A stretch of 64,000 nucleotides of DNA from Macrostomum hystrix (lineage: Eukaryota; Animalia; Platyhelminthes): NCBI GenBank assembly GCA_950097015.1, contig CATNEN010000018.1, forward strand, positions 62,001-126,000, in the 5' to 3' direction. The position numbers and the translations under genes were made by a program. The notes under the pieces were generated by a model. It was not told the origin of the DNA. It ran no database searches and saw only the letters and a program-made list of their open reading frames with translations. Shown here in pieces: positions 13,543-25,504 of this stretch (positions are counted from its first letter, which is position 1; the number at the start of each line of letters is the position of its first letter).

Positions 13543-14640
13543 ATGGCCGAGATGTACGTACGACAGAAATTGAACCAGGCGCAGGTCGGTGAGACGCAGG
13601 TCGGTGAGACGAAGGTCGGTGAGACGAAGGTCGGCGAGACGAAGGTCGGTGAGACGCAGGTCGGTGAGACGAAGGTTGGTGAGATGAAGGTCGGTGAGAC
13701 GAAGGTCGGCGAGACGAAGGTCGGTGAGGCGCAGGTCGGTGAGACGCAGGTCGGTGAGACGCAGGACGGTGAGATGAAGGTCGGTGAGATGAAGGTCGGT
13801 GAGACGCAGGTCGGTGAGACGAAGGTCGGTCAGACGCAGGACGGTGAGACGAAGGTCGGTCAGACGCAGGACGGTGAGACGAAGGTCGGTGAGACGAAGG
13901 TTGGTGAGACGCAGGTCGGTGAGATGAAGGTCGGTGAGGCGCAGGTCGGTGAGACGAAGGTCGGTGAGACGAAGGTCGGCGAGACGAAGGTCGGTGAGAC
14001 GCAGGTCGGTGAGACGAAGGTCGATGAGACGCAGGTCGGTGAGACGAAGGTCGGTGAGACAAAGGTCGATGAGACGAAGGTCGGTGAGGCGCAGGTCCGT
14101 GAGACGAAGGTCGGTGAGACGAAGGTCGGTGAGGCGCAGGTCCGTGAGGCGCCAATGGTTCGCAGAATTCGCCATTCGACCAGCAGCAACTGTGTCGCAC
14201 AGCAGTCACAAGCAATGGAGCAGCCACGCAGGCACAGCACTATCTTTCCGCAGCAGCAACATCTTGTACTTCAGCGTCCTAGGCGAGGTAGAATGTTCAG
14301 TCTATTTCATTGGGAAAGCGCCGCTGAAGCTCTGCGATGGCAACAGCCAGCTGGTACAAAGTAAGATTACGGAAATGAAAGTTAACAACTTTGCGTACCA
14401 TAGCATTCAATTAGTAGAACATTTTATGACCATATTCAATGATTGGGATTTGAGTAAACATGAATTCAAGTACATGTAAGTTGAAATTTTATTAAATCGG
14501 GATTTCAGTGAAACAAGATTTCAAAAAACTGGGATTTGAAAGAATCGGGATTTAATTTGGATTTTGATTTGAGTGTTTTGGGATTTCAGTGAATTGTGTT
14601 TGAGAAAGAAAGCTTGACTTTGTTGTTAATTTTCAGCCGT

Positions 14641-14672
<32 letters not shown>

Positions 14673-15066
14673 TCCCAGCTGCCCTACGCGCCGCTTTCAA
14701 TCAGTGGACAACTATTATCCCATAGCCTACGTGCTGCGGGAAGAGGACTTGCAGTCCGCGGACACTCACCCGGTCTCCGAGCGGACTCGCACCGTGGAGC
14801 TGCTGCCCCAGGCTGACGGCCGGGACGCCACCGTTCGCATTGTTGCTGAAGCCCGGCTAGCGCCGACGCAGCCACCGGAGCGGCCGCCGCATCTGCCGGC
14901 GTCGCCCTACGCCTACGTGCCGGGGCGACGGCTGGCACCGAGCCGCTCAACAGAAGCTGCTCCGTCAGAAACAAGGCGCAGGCCAGCCTCTTCAACTGTG
15001 GCAGCAGTCGGAGCGAGTGAGTCAAGCAGAGTCAGGCAGTTGGTGGCAAGGTTTCAAGATGGGTAG
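13543..15066 (+). CDS. Possible two-exon gene join(13543..14360, 14637..15066), ~415 aa: ETKVG-repeat region + polyQ + Pro/Ser/Arg-rich tail
   Basis: Phase-2 donor AA|GTAAGA (14360/14361) matches phase-2 acceptor TTTCAG|C (14636/14637). The second exon is protein-like (QQQQ..DPSCPTRRFQSVDNYYPIAYVL...SRVRQLVARFQDG*). Coding status of the repeat part is uncertain. Confidence 0.4.
13567..14150. repeat. 15-bp tandem repeat (GAGACG(A/C)AGGTCGGT)n, ~39 copies
   Basis: Directly visible period 15; open in several frames on both strands. Confidence 0.96.
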
Positions 15067-15121
15067 CTGTCTACTCAAGACCCTGGCTTATCTATGGTAG
15101 AAACTGCTCGTCAAGTTGATA

Positions 15122-15382
15122 ACCTGTTCGTCAAGCTCATACCTGTTCGTCAAGCTCATACCTGTTCGTCAAGCTCATACCTGTTCGTCAAGCTCATACC
15201 TGTTCGTCAAGCTCATACCTGTTCGTCAAGCTCATACCTGTTCGTCAAGCTCATACCTGTTCGTCAAGCTCATACCTGTTCGTCAAGCTCATACCTGTTC
15301 GTCAAGCTCATACCTGTTCGTCAAGCTCATACCTGTTCGTCAAGCTCATACCTGTTCGTCAAGCTCATACCTGTTCGTCAAG
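15122..15382. repeat. 19-bp tandem repeat (CTGTTCGTCAAGCTCATAC)n, ~14 copies
   Basis: Directly visible period 19. Confidence 0.96.
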
Positions 15383-16504
15383 TTATTACCTCCTATCCTT
15401 AAAAGCAATTGTTAAAAATGAATCGTGTTTTCTCATGTATATTTGTCAAAATGCTTTAAATTTGAGGCCAAAAGTTAAAAACCTAAATTTGCAATTATCA
15501 GAGATTTGAATAAACGTTAATGTTAAAAAATATCAGTTGAAAGCTTTGACAAAGGCGTGACACTTTGATAAGTGCATGCGCATTGACATGGAAAACAGCA
15601 TGGTGTTATCGTATCGAATGCGCAAAAATATTGACCCTTAAACTAAAACATCCTGCATCTAAACGATAAGGCTATAAAAACTTAAAAGGACATGGCATCG
15701 TCTTCTACCTTTTTAGATTTTTGTGTCAGAAATTAACTAATATGTTGCACAAATTAATCAAAAATCAAGACATCCTTGTTAAAATCTATCTGTTGATTTT
15801 CAGATATCAATTTTTACGTTAATCTACTTACCTCTAGAAATCGAACCGCGAGGGTGGCTTCAAGTGTGTCACAAAATTAGTTCTTTCTTATCGTTTTATC
15901 TTATTTGTCAATTTTTTATAACTGCTACCTAATGCAGAGCTACCTAATACAATGCATTTAATTCAAGCCGTGAGCACTTAATTGCGATATTGAGGTACTG
16001 CTCAAATACACAAGTACATGATTGGGACTGCGAGCAGTTACGGGATTGCAGACAAGTACCTCATAAGTGAAACCTGGGCCTGAGAGCAGAATGCGCTGCT
16101 ATTCTACTACAAGTAGCACGTAAAGTAGTTCCTTCTGTAATCGCGCGACAGTGCGCCAGCAACAAATCTATTGTTTATCCTTCTCACTATGCAATGTCCT
16201 GCTATATCTAAATAACCTGTGTGATTTACGATGATGAGAAAGTCAAGGACATTTAATTGTAAACACCTGTGTACTTATCACTGTTCTCGTGTGAGCTCAA
16301 GGAACAGCAAAGAAATGATGACTACAGCCCCCCTGCTGCGAAAAAAGTCGTGCAAAACATTGAAGCAGCTCGGCTCACAAGACTTTTGAGAACACCAAGA
16401 CTCCGTTGCAACGCTGGAAAGCTTCATCACTGCTTTGCTTTATGTTTTCTTCTCGAGACAAAAATAATCCGCTGAGAATTGTCAATTTTTGCAGACAACC
16501 GTGT

Positions 16505-17117
16505 TTCTGTGTGATAACTCACCTTTGCTAGGTTTCCGTGTGAGAACTCACCTTTGCTAGGTTTCCGTGTGAGAACTCACCTTTGCTAGGTTTCTGTGTG
16601 AGAACTCACCTTTGCTAGGTTTCCATGTGAGAACTCACCTTTGCTAGGTTTCTGTGTGAGAACTCACCTTTGCTAGGTTTCCGTGTGAGAACTCACCTTT
16701 GCTAGGTTTCCGTGTGAGAACTCACCTTTGCTAGGTTTCTGTGTGAGAACTCACCTTTGCTAGTTTTCTGTGTGAGAACTCACCTTTGCTAGGTTTCCGT
16801 GTGAGAACTCACCTTTGCTAGGTTTCTGTGTGAGAACTCACCTTTGCTAGGTTTCCGTGTGACAACTCACCTTTGCTAGGTTTCGGTGTGAGAACTCACC
16901 TTTGCTAGGTTTCTGTGTGAGAACTCACCTTTGCTAGGTTTCGGTGTGAGAACTCACCTTTGCTAGGTTTCGGTGTGAGAACTCACCTTTGCTAGGTTTC
17001 GGTGTGAGAACTCACCTTTGCTAGGTTTCTGTGTGAGAACTCACCTTTGCTAGGTTTCTGTGTGAGAACTCACCTTTGCTAGGTTTCCGTGTGAGAACTC
17101 ACCTTTGCTAGGTTTCT
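16505..17117. repeat. 29-bp satellite, left arm
   Basis: Unit GTGAGAACTCACCTTTGCTAGGTTTC(C/T/G)GT; the same array resumes at 20161 after the LINE. Confidence 0.96.
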
Positions 17118-20100
17118 GGAGCTTTCCTTTCTTTTTTCTTTCTTCCTTTCCTTTCTAGTTTCCGAGAGCCACTTATATTTTGAGCCCCTTATATTTACAC
17201 TGACGTGCAAGTATAATTCTGACGCCTCCTAGTGACGCAGCAGCAGCACCTGCATCAGACTGCGCTCTCATCGGTCGGCTCGGTGAGCCGCGCCCCCCGG
17301 CTGCGGCTGCAAAAGTCAGCACCAAAGTGAGACGGGGCAAGCGGAGCGTTCGGCGTCGGATCGAGAGGCGTCGTGAACGGAATCGCAGAGGCCGGCTGCG
17401 CGGATCCAACATGCGCCGCCAGCCCACCCCGTCCACCGAGGATTTGGATTTGCCGGGTGGCGCCGGAGACCATGAGGCCCGATGTCAGCGGGCCCCAGCC
17501 GTACCAGACTGCACGCTTAGATTGGCAACCTTCAACTGACGCACTCTGAAGGCAACCTGGCGAAGAGGATTGGTTGCCCAACTCGCCCAAGATCTGCGTT
17601 TGGACATACTGATGTTGCAAGAGCATTCCATCGTCAGCGGACCCGACTTGCAAGTGGAAGACCTTGGTGGCGGCTGGACCCTGTTCTACACCTCCGCGGA
17701 CAAGAAAGGACGTGGCGGGGTCGGTGCCCTTGTAAACCCTCGGCTGCGACAAAGCGTGCGCTGTCTCCCCATGAGCCCCCGACTGATGCGGGTTGACATT
17801 CGCCTACGTAACCGCAACGCGCGCCTCTTCTGTGCGTACGCGCCGACAGCTGCCCACCCAGAAGAAGCTGGCAGGTTCTACGATCTCCTGTCGGCTCAAC
17901 TGGAAACCGTCGCGCGGCGAGACACTCTGGTGGTGCTTGGCGATCTGAATGCGGTGATGCGTCGATCCGCTAGCGCCCCTTATGTGACTTCACGCGAGAA
18001 TCCAAACACTGATGCGCTGGTGAGTCTGACAGAGCAACACGACCTGGTGTCTGCAAATACCACCATCTGCAAACCTGCCAGCCGGCTCGCGACCTTTACC
18101 GGCTGTAAACGGAGAAGGCGAAATGCAACCGGCCGTAACGCGACTTGCAGGCTAGCGCAGTTAGACCACGTGCTACTGAGCACTCGCGAACGCCGCCGAG
18201 CATTGAATTGCGACACCGTCAGACCACTGGCCGTGGGGTCAGACCATAAGTTGCTGTTCTGTGACTTGCGTCTCCGTGACCCCCTGTACAAACCACCGAA
18301 GAAAATACCGCGAGGCGTTTCTTTAGAGCACTGCGGAACCCAGCAACTAGGAACAGCTTCTCTCGCGCCTTCTCCACCGCGCTGGGCGACACCCACAACG
18401 CTCAGTATGGTGACATATGCGCCGCAATCCACACCGCAGCGGAAAGCACGCTACCACTCGTGTGTCCACCGCAGCGCTCACAACCAGTGTGGATGAGCGA
18501 CCCAGCAATCAGAGAGGCCCAAGATCGAGTGCAGCGACTCAGGAGGAGCAGGCACACAACAGACGAGGCGGAAAAGGCCCTCGCCATTGTCTACAAAGAG
18601 CAGCAGCTGGCTGCCGTGAGCAAGGCCATCCGCGCCGTCACCTCCGCCGCCCCGGACAGGAAAAGCGGCACCATGTGGACTGCCATCAACACCCTCACTG
18701 GCAGGAAGCAACGCACGGCGCTCAACCTGGTTGGGGACACGCCGGAGGAGCGCAAGAACAGCCTGCGGGACTTTTTCGCTAGCATAGTGAATGCGCCACC
18801 ACCTGCGCTCCCTGATGTGCTGCCCTCTGACACGCCACTGCCGCCTCCGCATCATTTCTGTACCGGCCATGTGACCGCAACCGATGTTTGTCAGCTCGCC
18901 AAGAAGATCCCAGCCGGCAAGGCAACGGGTCCCGACGAAGTTCCCAACGAGGTGCTCAGACTGCCCAAGGTCGCCCAGGAGATCGCCAGGGTGATCAACA
19001 ACGTTCTTGACACTGGCGTCGCACCTCCGGAGTGGACCCGAGCACATATCGTCGGAATCCCCAAGAAGCCGGGCACCAACAAGATTGAAGAACATCGGGG
19101 CATCTCCCTGATGTCCTGTGCCGCCAAGCTGTACAACAAGCTGCTACTGTCGCGCTTGCAGCAAGTGCTGGACCCTTACCTGCGGTACGAGCAAAATGGG
19201 TTCCGGCCACGACGCGGTACAGTCACGCAAATTCTGGCGCTCCGGAGAATTATCGAGGAATCGCGCATTCGCCAGTCGGACCTTTTCTGTCTGTTCATCG
19301 ACTTCCTGAAGGCTTTCGACTCGGTGGCTCGAGGCGTGATTCCACTAGTTCTCCGAGCCTACAACGTGCCAGAGAAACTGATTGCAGCAGTGATGGCGCT
19401 CTACCACGACACGCTCGCTGCTGTGATCACACCTGACGGCCTTTCCGACTTCTTCACCACCTCATCCGGAGTCCTGCAGGGAGACACCCTCGCTCCCTTC
19501 CTGTTTATCCTCATCTTGGACTGGGTGCTGCGGACAGGACTACCGGACAACTCGGACGGCTACATCCTATGCAGGCGAACGAGCAGCCGGCACCCGGAGA
19601 AGCGGCTGGCAGTCCTCGGATATGCTGATGACCTCGCCCTGCTGGCATCCACTGCTGCTGGTGCTCAACGCCTCCTCGACGGCCTAGCTGCTGCCGCTGC
19701 GAAGGTTGGCCTTAAGATCAACGCCAAGAAGACGGAGGTCTTGACTGTGCCAGCCGATCTGCCAGCAAACATCCGCCTTCCCAGCATGGACAGCGCAACG
19801 GCAGCACCGCTCCCCCGATGTGAGCAGTTCCGGTACCTTGGTGGTCTCGTGCCCAGCGTCCGGGAGGACCTGCGGCGTCGCAGGGAGCTTGCGTGGGCGG
19901 CTTTCCGCTCAGTGCGCATCGTGCTCCAAAGCGACGCCCTGCCAGACCAGCTGAGAACCCGACTGTTCCAGGCTGTGGTGGCAACGGTGCTCTTCTACAA
20001 CGCCGAGACCTGGACCATGACGGATGTGCTGGAGCGCCAGCTGGACGCGGCGCACTCCAGACTGCTGCGCGCTGCCTTCAGCACCAGGCTCTCTACCAGC

Positions 20101-20160
20101 GGGCCAAGCTGAGCCCTCCCAGCGTGACCCTGCCACAGCGCCGCCTGTATTGTATTGTAT
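17118..20160 (+). mobile_element. Non-LTR retrotransposon (single ORF, APE endonuclease + RT, RTE-like), disabled and 3'-truncated, inserted in the 29-bp satellite
   Basis: APE motifs LRLATFN*RTL, LMLQEH, VVLGDLNA, AQLDHVL, GSDH. RT motifs YEQNGFR, FIDFLKAFDSV, GVLQGDTLAPFLF, LGYADD (19621-19632), FRYLGG. Lesions: in-frame TGA at 17537-17539, frameshift at ~18311 (PPKKIP -> RRFFRALRN), frameshift at ~20080-20087 (RAAF -> ALYQRAKL). Ends in a (TATTG)n-like tail. Confidence 0.92.
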
Positions 20161-20450
20161 TAGGTTTCCTTGTGAGAACTCACCTTTGCTAGGTTTCCGT
20201 GTGACAACTCACCTTTGCTAGGTTTCCGTGTGACAACTCACCTTTGCTAGGTTTCCGTGTGACAACTCACCTTTGCTAGGTTTCCGTGTGACAACTCACC
20301 TTTGCTAGGTTTCCGTGTGACAACTCACCTTTGCTAGGTTTCCGTGTGACAACTCACCTTTGCTAGGTTTCTCTTTGAGAACTCAGCTTTGCTAAGTATC
20401 TGTGTGAGAACTCACCTCTGCAAGGTTTCTGTGTGATATTTTCACCTTTG
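20161..20450. repeat. 29-bp satellite, right arm
   Basis: Same unit as 16505-17117, degenerating before the pyrimidine tract. Confidence 0.95.
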
Positions 20451-23146
20451 CTCTTCTCTTCTCTTCTTCTCTTCTTTTCTCTTCTTCTCTTCTCCTCTCT
20501 TCTCTTCTCTCCTCTTCTCTTCTCTTCTCTTCTTCTCTTCTCTTCTCTTCTCCTCTCTTCTCTTCTTCTCCTCTCTTCTTCTCTTCTCTTCTCTTCTCTC
20601 CTCTTCTCTTCTCTTCTCTTCTCTTCTCTTCTCTTCTTCTCTTCTCTTCTCTTCTTCTCTTCTCCTCTTCCTTTCTTCTCTTCTCTTCTCTTCTTCTCTT
20701 CTTCTCTTCTCTTGTCTTCTCTTCTCTTCTCTTCTTCTCTTCTCTTCTCTTCTCTTCTCTTCTCTTCTCTTCTCTTCTTCTCTCCTCTTCTCTTCTCTCC
20801 TCTTCTCTTCTCTTCTCTTCTCTTCTCTTCTCTTCTCTTCTCTTCTCTTCTCTTCTCTTCTCTTCTCTTCTCTTCTCTTCTCTTCTCTTCTCTTCTCTTC
20901 TTCTTTTCTCTTCTCTTCTCTTCTCTTCTCTTCTTCTCTTCTCTTCTCTTCTCTTCTTTTCTTCTCTTCTTCTCTTCTCTTCTCTTCTCTTCTTTTCTTC
21001 TCTTCTCTTCTCTTCTTCTCTTCTCTTCTCTTCTCTTCTTTTCTTTTCTTCTCTTCTCTTCTCTTCTGCTCTTCTTTTCTCTTCTCTTCTTCGCTTCTCT
21101 TCTTTTCTCTTTTCTCCTCTCTTCTCTTCTCTTCTCTTCTCTTCTCTTCTTTTTTCTTCTCTTCTTCTCTTCTTCTCTTCTTTTCTCTTCTCTTCTCCTC
21201 TTCTCTTCTCTTCTTTTCTTCTCTTCTCTTCTCTTCTGCTCTTCTTTTCTCTTCTCTTCTTCGCTTCTCTTCTTTTCTCTTTTCTCCTCTCTTCTCTTCT
21301 CTTCTCTTCTCTTCTCTTCTTTTTTCTTCTCTTCTTCTCTTCTTCTCTTCTTTTCTCTTCTCTTCTCTTCTCTTCTTCTTTTCTCTTCTCTTCTCTTCTC
21401 CTCTCTTCTCTTCTCTCCTCTTCTCTTCTCTTCTCTTCTTCTCTTCTCTTCTTCTCCTCTCTTCTTCTCTTCTCTTCTTCTCTTCACTTCTTCTCTTCTC
21501 TTCTCTTCTTCTCTCTTCTTCTCTTCTCTCCTCTTCTCTTCTCTTCTCTCCTCTTCTCTTCTCTTCTCTTCTTCTCTTCTCTTCTTCTCCTCTCTTCTTC
21601 TCTTCTCTTCTTCTCTTCTCCTCTCTTTTCTTCTCTTCTCTTCTCTTCTCTTCTCTTCTCTCTTCTTCTCTTCTTCTCCTCTCTTCTCTTTTCCTCTTCT
21701 CTTCTCTTCTTCTCTTCTTCTTTCCCTTCCCTTCTTCTTTCCCCTTCTCTTCTCTTCTCTTCTCTTCTCTTCTTTTTTCTTCTCTTCTCTTCTCTTCTCT
21801 TCTCTTCTCTTCTCTTCTCTTCTCTTCTCTTCTCTTCTCTTCTCTTCTCTTCTCTTCTCTTCTTTTTTCTTCTCTTCTCTTCTCTTCTCTCTCTTCTCTT
21901 TTTTCTTCTCTTCTCTTCTCTTCTCTTCTCTTCTCTTCTCTTCTCTTCTCTTCTCTTCTCTTCTCTTCTCTTCTCTTCTTTTTTCTTCTCTTCTCTTCTC
22001 TTCTCTCTCTTCTCTTCTATTCTCTTCTTCTCTTCTCTTCTCTTCTCTTCTTTTCTTCTCTTCTCTTCTCTTCTGCTCTTCTTTTCTCTTCTCTTCTTCG
22101 CTTCTCTTCTTTTCTCTTTTCTCCTCTCTTCTCTTCTCTTCTCTTCTCTTCTCTTCTTTTTTCTTCTCTTCTTCTCTTCTTCTCTTCTTTTCTCTTCTCT
22201 TCTCCTCTTCTCTTCTCTTCTTTTCTTCTCTTCTCTTCTCTTCTTTTCTCTTCTCTTCTCCTCTTCTCTTCTCTTCTTCTCTTCTTCTTTTCTCTTCTCT
22301 TCTCTTCTCTTCTTTTTTCTTCTTTTCTCTTCTCTTCTCTTCTCTCTTCTCTTCTTCTCTTCTTCTTTCCCCTTCTCTTCTTCTTTCCCCTTCCCCTTCT
22401 CTTCTTTTCTCTTCTCTTCTCTTCTTTTCTCTTCTCTTCTCTTCTCTTCTCTTCTTTTCTCTTCTCTTCTCTTCTCTTCTCTTCTCTCTTCTTCTCTTCT
22501 CTTCTCTTCTCTTCTCTTCTCTTCTCTTCTCTTCTCTTCTTCTCTTCTCTTCTTCTCTTCTTTTCTTCTCTTCTCTTCTCTTCTCTTCTTCTCTCTTCTT
22601 CTCTTCTCTCCTCTTCTCTTCTCTTCTCTTCTCTTCTTTTTTCTTCTTTTCTCTTCTCTTCTCTTCTCTCTTCTTCTCTTCTTCTCTTCTCTCCTCTTCT
22701 CTTCTCTTCTCTTCTCTTCTTTTCTTCTCTTCTTTTCTTCTCTTCTCTTCTTTTTTCTTCTCTTCTCTTCTCTTCTCTTCTCTTCTTTTCTCTTCTCTTC
22801 TCTTCTCTTCTCTTCTCTTCTCTTCTCTTCTCTTCTCTTCTCTTCTCTTCTCTTCTCTTCTCTTCTCTTCTTTTTTCTTCTTTTCTCTTCTCTTCTCTTC
22901 TTCTCTTCTCTTCTCTTCTCTTCTTCTCTTCTCTTCTCTTCTCTTCTCCTCTCTTCTCTTCTCTTCTTTTCTTCTCTTCTTTTTTCTTCTCTTCTTTTCT
23001 ATTCTCTTCTCTTCTCTCCTCTTCTCTTCTCTTCTCTTCTTTTTTCTTCTTTTTCTTCTCTTTTTCTCTTCTCTTCTCTTCTCTTCTCTCTTCTTCTCTT
23101 CTTCTTTTCTCTCCTCTTCTCTTCTCTTCTCTTCTCTTCTCTTCAG
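20451..23146 (+). repeat. 2.7-kb (CTCTT/CTT)n polypyrimidine tract ending at a probable 3' splice site (CTTCAG|CTCAGCAGCCAAT)
   Basis: Almost purine-free on the + strand. The paralogous tract in unit 2 also ends in CAG|CTCAACAGCCAAT. Confidence 0.95.
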
Positions 23147-23291
23147 CTCAGCAGCCAATGAGACTCCTGCAGCTATGAACGATTCTGGTTGGCTGCTGCG
23201 GACTGCAAAAGCATGGTCTTAAACCAAACTCTGAGCTGCCCTTCTCGACCTCATTTACCACTTTCCCAAACCACAAGCAGACACCTGCAAA

Positions 23292-24967
23292 ATGTTTCCC
23301 TTACTCAGAATACTCACGGCTGTCCTCGTGTACCTCATGAACTCACTTCATTCCTCACACCACCGAGAAGACGCACAAGAACTCACCGACCAGGACCTCC
23401 TCGCAGCCATCAGAGACGACCGAGTGGAACCCGTTCAGCGATTCATTAACAGCGGCGGGAGCCTCGATACCTTCATCGCCTATGCAGACTCATTCTTTAC
23501 TCCAGCAATGCTCGCTTGTGAATTCGGAAGACATGAAATTCTCGTGAGACTCATTCGAGCCATTGCAGATGTAGATAAGCAGAACTGGAGAGGAACGACG
23601 GCATTGTATATTGCATCAATGGATGGTCACCACCGACTGGTAAAATCACTCATCAAAGCACGAGCCGACGTCAATCTTCAAACAATTACTGGCGCCTCAA
23701 CTCTCTACATTGCATCACTAAATGGCTATAAGGACGTCGTCCACTCACTCATCAAAGCACGAGCCGACGTCAATCTTCAAACAATTACTGGCGCCTCACC
23801 TCTCCACATTGCATCACTAAATGGCCATAACGACGTCGTCCACTCACTCATCAAAGCACGAGCCGACGTCAATCTTCAAACAATTACTGGCGCCTCACCT
23901 CTCCACATTGCATCACTAAATGGCCATAACGACGTCGTCCACTCACTCATCAAAGCACGAGCCGACGTCAATCTTCAAACAATTACTGGCGCCTCACCTC
24001 TCTACATTGCATCAGAAAATGGCCATAACGACGTCGTCCACTCACTCATCAAAGCACGAGCCGACGTCAATCTTCAAACAATTACTGGCGCCTCACCTCT
24101 CCACATTGCATCACTAAATGGCTATAAGGACGTCGTCCACTCACTCATCAAAGCACGAGCCGACGTCAATCTTCAAACAATTACTGGCGCCTCACCTCTC
24201 TACATTGCATCACAAAATTGCCATAACGACGTCGTCCACTCACTCATCAAAGCACGAGCCGACGTCAATCTTCTTACAATTACTGGCGCCTCACCTCTCC
24301 ACATTGCATCACTAAATGGCCATAACGACGTCGTCCACTCACTCATCAAAGCACGAGCCGACGTCAATCTTCAAGAAAATACTGGCGCCTTACCTCTCTA
24401 CATTGCATCACAAAATGGCCATAACGACGTCGTCGACTCACTCATCAAAGCACGAGCCGACGTCAATCTTCAAACAAATACTGGCGACTCACCTCTCCAC
24501 ATTGCATCACTAAATGGCCATAACGACGTCGTCCACTCACTCATCAAAGCACGAGCCGACGTCAATCTTCAAACAATTACTGGCGAGTCACCTCTCCACA
24601 TTGCATCACTAAATGGCCATAACGACGTCGTCCACTCACTCATCAAAGCACGAGCCGACGTCAATCTTCAAACAATTACTGGCGCCTCACCTCTCTACAT
24701 TGCATCACAATATGGCCATAAGGACGTCGTCCACTCACTCATCAAAGCACGAGCCGACGTCAATCTTCAAACCATTACTGGCGCCTCACCTCTCTACATT
24801 GCATCCTGCAATGGCCACCTCAGTGTTGTCGAGTCACTCATGAAGGTCGTTCATAGCCCCGACTTGCTGGAAGCTGCTCTGCGAATCGCCACGGAAATCG
24901 GCCATGACCAAGTGGTTGACCTGCTGAGCCGTGGATCCTCCGCGCCATTGCCTGAGAAGCAAAACAG
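23292..24967 (+). CDS. Exon 1 of copy 1: ankyrin repeat array (11 near-identical 33-aa repeats + terminal repeat + divergent caps)
   Basis: Repeats such as [33 protein letters not shown] fit the ANK consensus (G.TPLH.A...GH..VV..LL..GADVN); 99-bp period. Confidence 0.93.
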
Positions 24968-25504
24968 GTAGGAGCTCCTGTTTCTTGTAAAATTCACCTT
25001 AGCAATCATAGATACTTCGGATTCTTTAAGTATTCAGACTCCAAATCTGATAGCTGAACTTCGGAACTGATTGTTATTGTGTTATTGTGTTATTGTTTTC
25101 TTGTTTTATTGTTATTGTTAAGGTTCTCACGAATACCTGCTGCTTTTACTTCGCATTGTTAAGAGCTGGCGAATTTATAGCGAAAAGCCTCGAATTCCCA
25201 ACAATGACCACTAGGAGTAAAATAACGGAAAACTACGACAATAGGAAATAGTTATTAAATATGTCTGCTTGCGCCGAAGATTATACCACAAGGATAGGAA
25301 ATTGTTAGTGGCGCTGGTGTGCCGCCGGCCCTAGTTAGCAGTGGCGCCCTCAGAAGGCGAAAGACAGAACTTCCTAGTAGTTCTTATTGTCAATGCCTGT
25401 TTAGCCACAGACAGCAGACTCCACTTCAAAATTCTCAGTTTATGAATGTCGGATTTGATTGTGGAGGATTCAATATTACAGGCTTGGGATTCAGTATTAC
25501 AGGC

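Noticed and set aside
13537-14175. (LTDLR)n ORF resembling a leucine-rich or pentapeptide repeat protein
   Set aside because: Antisense reading of the 15-bp repeat; no LRR asparagine ladder and no non-repetitive flanking domain.
17980-19984. Antisense and alternative-frame ORFs overlapping the LINE and the cGLR exons
   Set aside because: Shadow ORFs of GC-rich coding sequence with no recognisable motifs.
20363-23222. 931-aa EEKRR and 929-aa FSSLL ORFs (also 40847-41980)
   Set aside because: Pure translation of (CTCTT)n microsatellite, which lacks stops by composition; the paralogous tract has a different unit and length.
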